Assembly: GCA_002104895.1 (NCBI GenBank)
Contig: MCFG01000091.1
Coordinates: 62,001 to 126,000, forward strand
DNA from: Anaeromyces robustus
Taxonomy: Eukaryota
DNA: 64,000 nucleotides
Direction of reading: 5' to 3'
Shown here: positions 52,747 to 64,000 of the stretch, piece after piece
Layout: each line of letters starts with the position of its first letter
How positions within the stretch are numbered: position 1 is the first letter of the stretch
The notes under the pieces: generated by a model
Databases searched by the model: none
Seen by the model: the letters and a program-made list of their open reading frames with translations, nothing else
What the model was told of the DNA's origin: nothing
Position numbers and translations under genes: made by a program

Positions 52747-55477
52747 TCAACTTTTTTTTAAATTTTTTAAATTAGGATTTATAATGATATCTACTTTTTT
52801 TTTATTATCTTGTGTAGATGATGTTTTACCTTCTTCAGAATTATTATTATTTATAATTGGTGATATAATGGTTGTATTTGGTTCTTTTTCATCCTCATCC
52901 ATTGCATTAGAATCTATTTTTTTTTGTGGTGATGTTGACGTTGGGTTAGATGAAGGTGATGAGGATGGTGAAGTAGTAGAAGATAGAGTTGATGTAATTT
53001 CTGTATGTTTTAATTTAGGGGATATATTTAAGGTTATTTTTTTGGAATTTAAGGGTGATTTCTCATTTGGATTCAATTTATTTGCTTCCTTTTTTAATTT
53101 ATTTCTATTAATACTTTTTAAGAAAATTTCATCATCATCTTCTTTATTTACTTTTTTTCTTATAGGTAACGGCTCATCATCATCGTTAATTTCCTCTTCT
53201 TCTCGTGATCTCTTATTATTTTTATTATTGGATTTATCTAAAGAATCATTTGATGTATTTATTTCTTTATTAATATTTTTATTTATATCATTTGTATTAA
53301 TAATACTATTTTCCTTTTCTTTTTTCTCCTTATCATTATTTTCATCTTTTTCATTTTCTTTCTTTTTCTCTTTATTTTCATTTTCATTTTCATTTTTATT
53401 CTTATCTTTTTCAGATACAAATTCTATTTTCCTTATATTACCATTAGATAACGAATATTTACCTATAGATGATACTGTTGATCCATTATTATTATTATTA
53501 TTATTATCTTCATTAACTTTATTATCATTTTTATTATTCAATGTTGGTTTCATATTAGGTTTTGGTATCGTTTCGTCTTCTTCTTCTTCTATTATATCAT
53601 CATCATCTGGATAGTCTACTAATCCTGATGCTAATGGTTGTGTTGAACGTATAAATCTTGCTACTATAGCATTTGGATTAGCAATCCTTCCTCTGGACGG
53701 TCCATTAACTGAATTTGATATTGATATTCTTGGATTAATATTTCTTTCTGATTTATCATTTTTATTCGAATCTTCTGTTATTTTTTCAATATTATTTTCT
53801 AATATAGTATCTTCTTCATCGTCATCATCATCATTAAAGTAAGCTTCTTCTTCTTCATCCGCTTTTCCCCAATCATTAACTTTTGTTGATGACATTGTTA
53901 ATTTACTATATTAAATTGTATAATATATTTTATTATTATTATATTAATAATTATGTTTTTTAATGATATATAATTTGATGTATTTTTTTAAAAAAAGTAA
54001 TATATTGAATATTTTATTTTCATAATATATTATAGATAAATAAGTAAATAAATAAATAAATAAATAAATATATAAATATATAAATAAATAAATAAATAAA
54101 TAAATATATAAATAAAAACTATTATTTTACCTTGTAGTATCATTATTATTCTGTGATTCACTACTATCTTGATATTGTTCATATCTTGCTATTAATAATT
54201 TAAATACATTAACATAATCGAATGTTTCCAAAATTTCACGGTAATTTGAAACAATATGAATAATTAATGATTTAATATTTTCCTATTTTATAAAAAAATA
54301 TAAATCATATTTTGTAATTTTTTTTTTTTTTTTTTGTTATTGTTGTCGTTTCAAATTTTATTTTATTTCATTTAATATATATAAATATAAATATAAATAT
54401 AAATATAAATATAAATATAAATATAAATATAAATATAAATATAAATATAAATATAAATATAAATATAAATATAAATATAAATATAAATATAAATATAAAT
54501 ATAAATATAAATATAATTAATAATTAATAATTAATAATTAATTTTCTAACACATTTTTCAAATAAATAATTACCATTCTAACGAAAACAAATAATTCTAG
54601 ACAAGCCGAATTTAATAAATTGTTTCTTTTTTCTGTTTCGACTAACATTTGAATAATAGGTTTAAATACTGAATTTTTTATTAAATGTTTGTTATAAAAT
54701 TCATCTTTCATAGATATACAAGCCCTAAAATATCTTAATGCAGCTAATATTTAATTATTATATATAATAAGTATTTTAATATATATTATATAATTATTAT
54801 ATATATATATAAATATTATAATATTATTTTTATATTAATATATATAAATAATTTATAATCAATAATAAATATATTGAAATAGTTACATAAACGAATATAT
54901 TTTTCATTTGATTTTAATAATAAACATATTTTTTCTGTTATAGTTGATTTTAAAATAAAAAATTTACAACGATAACTGTGATTTTTTATACAAAAACATA
55001 ATAATTCGCATATCATAAAGAATGTTGAATTTTTATTATATGAGGCATATAATTCACTTTTTCCTCCTATTATTAATATTATTAATGATATAATATATAT
55101 TTTAATAAAATGAATGAAAATAATATATGTAATAAAACGATAAATAAAAATATAAATATAAATCTATAAATATTTTTGAAAGCATACTTTTATTTATTTT
55201 TAAATCTTTTTCTGTTAAGTCTGTAATTGGTTTAACTAATAAATTAATATATTTTTCATAAAATAAGTCTAAAAATTCATCTACTTCTGGTTTATTCGGT
55301 ATAGTTGTTGTAATACTCTATTGATATTAAATAAAAATGAACATATATTAATAAAGAGAAAAAAAAAAAAAAATAGAAAATAGAAAATATAGAAATAATA
55401 ATAATAATAAAATGTTAATATTTGTTATATTATATCTAATAAATTTAAAACTATTCAAAAATTGTTATTTGTATTAT

Positions 55478-55513
<36 letters not shown>

Positions 55514-56304
55514 TTTGAATTTTATTTTTATAATTAATTCTCTTACTTCATTTGGGTCTAAAGTTGAGGTATCTAATAATATTCTTAAAATATCCATATA
55601 TTGAGAACGAATCCCTGAATCAGGATCTGAATGGAATCTATCAATTATGCTTTCTATTAATGGTTTACCATCTTTTTTCATTTGATTAATACAATAATTC
55701 CTTACTAGAGCTGTTTCATGATCAAGCATATTTGTTAGCATTGATATAAGTGCTAATCTTATTGATATATCATCATGATAAGCTAATTCCTCAACAATTG
55801 ATAGTAATCCATATTCTGTTAATGATTTATAAAATATATCTCTATAAACATATTGCAATCCTTTAGTTACTGAACAAAGTTCATGTAAAAACATTATAAC
55901 TTGCTTCCTTTTATCAATTGAATTTGTTTTATCATTTAATATATCAAATAAATTCTTTAAAAATTGTTTGTCAGTTTGAATAAAATTAACAATTGCAACA
56001 TAATTAAAGAAAATAATTGAATTTAATGAAGAATAATTTGGATCATCAATAGTCCTTGCTAAAACTACATCTTTTAAATATTGTGCTCTATAAGTTTGAT
56101 GTATTTTTGCTTCAATTTCAGGATTATTAAATGAAACAACCTAATTTAAACATATAATTTATTTATATTAAGCAAATATTATTTAATATGTAAATAATTC
56201 ATATAATATATAATAAATATATATAATAAATAATCAAAAACTATTAAACTATAATCATAATCATAATAATAATAATAATAAATAATAATAAATAATAAAT
56301 AATA

Positions 56305-56349
<45 letters not shown>

Positions 56350-58192
56350 TAATAAATAATAATAAATAATAATAAATAATTAATTATTTGTTTATTTATT
56401 TATTTACATGTTTGAATCTAGTTTTATCGGATAAATACTCTCTATAAGATGCTTTTGCGTTAGGGAAATCACGATCTCCTATATAATTGTTATAAATTTA
56501 TTAATATAAAGTCTCTCTTTTTTTTTTTTTCTTTTTGATTTATATAAAAAATTATATATATATCAAAATAAAAATTATAATAATATAATAATTACGTTCT
56601 AACATCCCAACAACTCCAAGAATTATATCATCTTGCAAAATATGATGGTATATGATATTATCATTTAAATAAACTATATTATATATAATAAACAAATAAT
56701 AGAGATTAAATAATAAAAGATTAAATTACACAATCAACAAATAAATAAATAAATAAATAATACTAATAAATTTATATAAATATTTTTATCACTTACTAAT
56801 AGCTTTCATAATAGCAGATAATCGATATAAGTCTTCAGTACTATCCAAATCTTCACAATCTTCTAGTAATGGAATGAGTTTATCTATATAATGCTATTAT
56901 ATATATTAATGAAATTTAGAAATAAAAATTAATATTTTTTTTTATATTTATTAATTTATTAATATATGACAATAAAAAAGAATATATACTTCTGATATAA
57001 CATATTGTGCTAAATGATCTTTTGAAAATATTGAGCGTGATGCTTGATTTATAGTATTTTCAATTTCCTCCAAATTTGCAATAGTAGGTTCAGGTAATGA
57101 AATAAAATCAGAATCATAATAATCATCTATTATCCATTTATTTATTTATTTATTTATTAGTAATTAGTAATATATATATTTTTTAATACAGTATGCTATA
57201 TATATATATATATATAATATACTAAATTAAATTGTTACCGTTTGCTATGTTTCCTGATGGTGGAAGATCTTTTTGAATTGCTGCTATTTCATTCCTTGAA
57301 TTTTTAAATAATGTTTTATAATGTTCAGAATAATAATAAAGTATATTAATATCTTTCTAATCATTAAAATGATAAAATGCTTCTATTATTATATATATGC
57401 ATTTTTTATTATTTACCACACTTCGTAACATCCTGTTGATTCTTGAAAACTTAAAGCAAGTTCAATATTCTTTTGATCCGTCCAAAGAATTAATGTTTCT
57501 TTTATTATAAATTATTTTTAAGATCGTTTTAGAGATGTTACTCTTAATATTTTTATTTTAATATATATATATTCGTTGTATTATTTGTTATTTAATCATT
57601 TTATTTTACCTTGCTGCCTTCTAAATATATATTCTTTATAAATCCTTGAATAGAGTATTTGTTGCTGATTTTCTTCTGATATAACTACCAATGCTGGTAT
57701 ATCATTTGTCTTAATAAATATATCAATTATAATAAAAAAAAAAAATAGATTTTATTAATCTCTTAATTTTATTCTTATATAATAATATATATTAAATAAT
57801 AAATGTTATAAACTTACTTGCATCAATGGTAGTATATGTCCTGTACCTCTATCCATCTACAATTATTATAAATTTTTTATATATTTATGAAATTTAATAT
57901 TAAAAAATATAAAAAGGTTATTATAAAAAGGTTATTTTTTATCTATTTTTAGATTATTTTAATTTGATTTTTATATTTATATGTATAACTAACCCATGAA
58001 CCATCATCAGATAATTCATACACTTTGACACGGCTATAAAATTGTAATTTTCATAATAATTATAATTAAAATAATATTAAATAACAATAAAATCATTTAA
58101 TGTTAATATTAGTAACATAAAATAATAATGATGGATAAAACATTATGAAAAAATTATTACCGTTTAGGTATAGTTATTGATGAAGATGCCAT
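52747..58192 (-). CDS. PSY2: Protein phosphatase 4 regulatory subunit 3 (Psy2/SMEK), multi-exon
   Basis: EVH1-like N-terminus RRVKVYEL..W|MDRGTG..FRRQQ|ETLILWTD..LALSFQESTGCYEVW. The SMK-1 core includes CEDLDSTEDL, KIHQTYRAQYLKDVVLAR and ICELLCFCIKNHSYRCK..RNNLLNSACLEL, followed by a long acidic/low-complexity tail with GLVDYPDDDD. Confidence 0.94.
54379..54516. repeat. (ATATAA)n hexanucleotide microsatellite in a PSY2 intron
   Basis: Perfect hexamer run of about 140 bp. Confidence 0.9.
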
Positions 58193-59995
58193 TTTATTTT
58201 AATTTATATATATGTTATTTTTCAATAAATTTTAATAAATTATATTAAAAATATCTATAATAAAGTGGTTGATAAAATATTGTTCCAAAAATATAATTGT
58301 ATATAAATTATTGTATTATTTTGTATAATTGTTTTTTTATAATAAATGTGCGTAATGTGAATAATTGAAATATTTAAGTATTTAAATAATCGTTGAAAAG
58401 AAATAAGACAAAAAAAAAAGTCGCGTGAACCAAAAAAAAAAAAAAAAAGGAAAAAAAAAAAGAAAAAAAAAAAAAGAAAAAAAAGAGGGTTATCAGAACG
58501 GATATGCTACATATAAAGTCACAATATTGAACTTTATATATATTTAGTATTCTTAATTTGTCAAATTGAGTTTGAAAATTTTCTTGTCATTCGTACTATT
58601 GTATTGTTTGATTTATCATGTATTAATATGATTTCATAATCATTATAGGTCATATATATTAATTACAATAAATATTTAGAAAAAAAAGATAATGTATTAA
58701 TATATTTTAGTTATACAGATCAAATGAAATTTCATTATATATAAACAAAAAAAAAAAAAAAAGTATTATAAAAAATAATAATATTTAAAATAAATTACCT
58801 TGATTTCAAAAAAAAAAAATATACTGATATAAAAAAGTGTTTATTATTAAAATAAAATAATAATTGAATATTGAATAATAAGAATTAGTTTATGACTTAA
58901 TATAAATATTATTATTTTAAAATAATTTACTTTTTAATATTTGTTAATTAACTACATTAGTAATATTAATATTAGTGTTTATAAATTAATTAAGTACTGG
59001 CATATTATAAAAAGAAGAAATTTTTAATATATAAATTTTTTATGAAACTGTTTTGTTATATTAACTATTATGTAATTATAAATATTATTTCATAATAATA
59101 TATATTTTAATTTATATATTTTCAATTCTAATTTACTAAATCTTTTTTGAACTATATATATTACAACTATGTCTATGATAATTATTGCAATTATTTTCTA
59201 TTTTAATCTTTACAATGTTAGTTTTTTTTCTTTAGTTATTGTTTTCATTTGATTATTATACTGTAGTAATCAATTAAATATGTTGTATTCTTATAAATGT
59301 TTTTTTTTTTTTTAATTATAAAAATATAGAAAATTTTTCATTATATTATTAAATATCTTGAATATAAATTTGCTTAATTATAATAATTTAATATATCTTT
59401 GTTATATAGGTCTATGTGTGTATAGATAGACATTTAATAAAATCTGTAATTAATTTTCTTCATTTTAAAATTTAAAATACATACTATGAAAAAGATGGTA
59501 ATAAATATTTTTGTATAAAAGAATAAAGTGAAAATATTTCTTTTTTTATTTATTTTATTTTTTCTTTATTTATTAATACTAATATAAAATAAATATATGT
59601 AATATTAACAAATGATTATCTTTATTTTTAATATACAATTTTCCTTTTTTTTTTTTTTTATTATTTTATTATATATGACATAAAAGAAAGAATTATAACA
59701 AAATACTTAATATATTAAAAATGATAAAAAAAAGATTTTATATTAAATAAATAAAAAATTAAATAAATAAAATTAAATAAATATAAATAAAAAAATGAAA
59801 ATGAAAATAAATAAAGAAAAACTGAAAAACTGAAAAATGAAAAAATAAATAAAAAAAAACTTTTTTTATTATAATGCAATATATTGATTTATATTGTTAT
59901 ATATAATATATTTAATTATTAATTAGGATTTATTATTTATCATTAATTCTTAAAAAAATTTATGATTATTTGATTAATTATTATATTTATTATAT

Positions 59996-59999
<4 letters not shown>

Positions 60000-60059
<60 letters not shown>

Positions 60060-60072
60060 GTTATTTATTTAG

Positions 60073-60151
<79 letters not shown>
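60000..60151. repeat. (TTTA)n microsatellite
   Basis: Tetranucleotide run with two TTAG interruptions. Confidence 0.9.
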
Positions 60152-60783
60152 TAAGATTTATTTATTATAATATTTTATTATTATTATCATTATATTATAA
60201 TATTTTATTATTATTATCATTATTTATTATATTATTTTATATATTATCATATTTAATTATAAATATATTCCTATATATTATGTAGTTATTATATAATTTA
60301 TGGTCTTTACTTAAAACACAAACAACTTTATTAAAAATTAAATTTCATTTTATTATTTAAATAAGCTATTTAAATTGTAATATAATATTACATATATTAA
60401 AATATAATGGTTTTTACATAAATTCATATTATATATTATATTTGTATATATAATTTCATGTCAATATATTATTGAATTTATAACTAAGATCAATAATAAA
60501 AACGAAAATGAAAAAAAAAAAAAAAAAAAAAAATAAAAATAAAAATAAAAATGTTATATTTAAATGATGATAATTTATAATATATCTCTGTTATTATGAT
60601 ATAGTTATATATCTAAAAAAATATAATGTTAATAGTTATTTTAATTATTTATAACTATTATATCATTATTATTAATTAGTAATTATTATATTTAACCAAA
60701 ATATATTATATATTAAAAATATTTTCTATTAAAAATATATGAACTAACTAAAGAATTGATTAATATAAAATATTTATTAAATA

Positions 60784-60819
<36 letters not shown>

Positions 60820-61773
60820 AGACAAATAGACAATGTAATAAAATATCGAAATGTATTAAATCATTAAACCTATTTTTAGTTATTAAATTTTTCTATTACA
60901 ATTAATTTTGTTTTATTTACAATTATTAATTTCTGTTATTTCTATTTTAAACTTATTTTGGAAGATTAATAATGTTATTAATCATGAAAAATAATTTATT
61001 GTATACACTATTATTTTATTAAAGCTTCATAATATTATATAAATTAAATTATAATTTATCATCATCTTAATGATTTATTTCTTTTTTATAATATTCCATA
61101 TATTAATTAAAATCACCATTTAACAGAACTAAAATTTTGCAATATCTCAAAATTAACATTATTTTAATATATGAAATATTTTAAAAAGTATATAGTTACG
61201 TAATTATTATATACTTTTTAGAATATCTATTTTTGTTATTATAATTCTATCATATAAAAAATTCTAGTACCAAGTTAATGGCAAAGTAAAACTGTTTTGT
61301 ACTTGATAAATTATAATTATCTTAATTTAGACTAATATGGAAAACTGAATAATAAAGAAAATTTTTAAAAATAATAATAATAATGAATATAATGATAATA
61401 ATAATTTATATGTATTATTAATATTATTAAAACTTTCATGTATTTATATATCTTTATTATATAATATCATACCTTTTAATATTATAAATATACTTAATAA
61501 TTATTATTAACTAAATTTTTATATTATTATATATAAGTAACTTTTTTACTCTATAATTTAAGATTTTTTTTAAAAGGAATATAATATAAAGCATATTTAA
61601 TCAAATTAAAAAAAATTAATTAATTAATTAATTATAGGAGAAACTACCAATAAATGTGTTTTTTATTAATATTAATTATCAATCATAGAATTAAAAAAAA
61701 AAAAAAGAAAAAGAAAAAAAGAAAAGAAAAAGAAAACTTTTAAAAAATTCATCATCTTAATAATAAATACTAA

Positions 61774-61860
61774 TTTGATTATATAAAATTAAGAATTATA
61801 ACTTTGATTATATAAAATTAAGAATTATAACTTTGATTATATAAAATTAAGAATTATAAT
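61774..61860. repeat. Minisatellite, 3 x 29 bp (tttgattatataaaattaagaattataac)
   Basis: Copies start at 61774, 61803 and 61832. Confidence 0.9.
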
Positions 61861-62687
61861 AATAAAAGTTAATTATAATAATAATAATTTTATTATTAAT
61901 AATTAATAATATAATAATAATGATAATTATAATAGTAAGAAATAAATAAATTATTGATATTGTTTTAATATAATTTTTATTAATGTCTTTTTTTTTTTTT
62001 TTTCTATTCTTAATATACTTTATATCATGTGATAAGTTTTTCATACTTGACATTTTTGTTAAATTAATTAAAAATTAATTACATATAAAATATTAATGTA
62101 ATAATTGTTGTACAAGTTTTAATTTAATTTTTTTTTTTTTTATTTATTATTTATTTGTCTTTTTAATATGCAAAAAAAATGTACCAACCATCAAAAACTT
62201 TAAAAATGAAAAATAATTAGAAAAAAAACAAAAAAAAAAAAAAAAACAATAAAAAAAAAAATAATTATATTAAATATCTTTTTAATAATATAACCATAAT
62301 TATAAAAACCTTTTTTTTATAATTATGATTTAATTATGGTTATATTATTCTCTTACTAAATGTTACTTTTTTGTATTATCTTATGTTATATAATATTCAT
62401 TATAATTTCCTGATTATATAAAAGGTACTTTAATAATCACAAATTTTAATATAAAATTTAATAAATAAATGAATAAATAAATAGATAAATAAATAAAAAT
62501 AAAATAAATAAATGAATAAATAGATAAAGAAATAAAAAATAATTAATTAATTAAATGAATAAATAAATAAATAGATAAATAATTAATAAATAAATAATTA
62601 TCAAAAACACTTTATATTTACTTATATTTACTGGAGGATATTTATATTTTAAAATTATTTTAGAAATTTTATTAAAATAATTCTCAA

Positions 62688-62735
<48 letters not shown>

Positions 62736-62944
62736 GTATATTAATTAATAATATATATAAACCAATAAATAATTGTTTATAAATATATATATATAAGAAT
62801 TTAAAATAATTATTTTCCTTTTTAACGATATTTATAATTTCATTCAAATGATAAATTTTTAATATTTTCATTAATTGATAATTCATTCAACAGTTTTATA
62901 TTACTAGATAAATTTTATATTATACAAATTAAAATTTAAACATA

Positions 62945-64000
62945 ATGTCTGATAACGAAAGAAAAAAAAGCAATGAACTAATATCATTTTTAGACATTTT
63001 ATCTCCTTCCAGAAGAAGTAATAATGGAAGCTATAGTAATCTTTCACAATTAGATGATACCCAAAACAATACTGAAAATAATACCAACAATCAAACTAAA
63101 GAAAAGGTTTATTTCAATATAATCTATCATTCTTCATCTTCATATTATATTATTCTTTTATAGATATAATAACATTTATTATATATTTAAAAACTTTATT
63201 TAATGACAAACATAATATTTTTTAAATATATAAAAAAAATTATAAAATTCTTTATATCATAATTATAATTATGTTAATAATCAAGATTTATTACAAAGTG
63301 TCAGTAGAAGAACCACAGAAGAAGGTATTATAATAAAAAGTATTAATAGATAATACATATATATATAATTTAATTTTTATAAATTAGTTAATATTGAAAA
63401 AATATTTATCATATTCAATAGAATTTCGATTCTATATTATCCCAAAGTTTTTACAAATTAATAGTTTCGGTAAGATAATATTTAATATTTCATTTTATTT
63501 TTTTTTTTATTAATTAATAAGGGAATTAAAAACAATAAAATATAATTTAATAATAAAAATAATAATAGGATAATATTAATAAGATAATAAATAATTATTA
63601 ATTATTAATATAATTACTATTATTAATAAAATAATAAAATAATAATGTAATAAAAATAATTAATATATCGTATTTATTATATATATGTTTTAATTAATAC
63701 AATAATATCATAATTATTAAAAAAAAAAAAAGACTAATAATCCAAATCTTCCAAATACTGAATATATTGTTGAAAGAAAAGCCAAAGATTTTCAAATTTT
63801 ATATCAAATATTATGTAATTTTTATTTTTTTTTTTTTTTTTTTTATTTTTTTTTAGATTTCAAATCAAATAAAACAAAATATAAATACAAATATAATAAA
63901 AATAAATATGAAATAATGAATTATTTATATTAACAATTTTATATAGTAGAAAATAATCCAGGTGTTTTTGTTCAACCTGTAATCGATAAATATTCTTTTA
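62945..64000 (+). CDS. PX-domain (sorting nexin-like) protein, 5' part; continues beyond the window
   Basis: Five in-frame exons: ..QTKEK|IYYKVSVEEPQKK|NFDSILSQSFYKLIVS|TNNPNLPNTEYIVERKAKDFQILYQIL|LENNPGVFVQPVIDKYSL. This follows the PX layout (V.V..P.K; Y.I; V.RRYSDF..L...L; PG.IIPPLP.K). Confidence 0.7.

Noticed and set aside
52784..53614. 276-aa + strand ORF, and other antisense ORFs (14356, 18156-18593, 24167, 34479, 37914, 41167, 44452)
   Set aside because: They are shadows of real exons on the opposite strand, with mirror-codon composition.
58500..62900. Hidden gene or transposon in the 4.7-kb PSY2-PX intergenic region
   Set aside because: I found only simple repeats and tiny hairpins, with no exon chain, terminal repeats or transposase/RT motifs.

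Overview
Extremely AT-rich, intron-rich eukaryotic DNA. It carries fungal-type housekeeping genes alongside flagellar/centriolar genes, which best fits a zoosporic anaerobic gut fungus (Neocallimastigomycota); this is an inference. By splicing exons by hand I reconstruct 15 protein-coding genes: an atypical CAMK-like kinase, a stand-alone IGHMBP2-type AN1 zinc finger, CFAP45, an XRCC1-like double-BRCT protein, RNA Pol III subunit RPC31, a secreted DUF4360-like protein, GCP4, TRM10, POC1, VMA12, asparaginase-ankyrin ASPG, RVB1, an OSCA/TMEM63 channel, PSY2/PP4R3 and a truncated PX-domain gene. I found no rRNA, tRNA, CRISPR array or transposase. Microsatellites and short minisatellites are frequent. 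Most notable are the XRCC1 lacking its N-terminal domain, the free-standing IGHMBP2 tail, the HAD/DFN kinase, a 1.35-kb POC1 intron made almost wholly of (AAT)n, and A-rich 3' splice sites. Family calls come from remembered motifs, not database searches. I see no clear multi-gene novel system.
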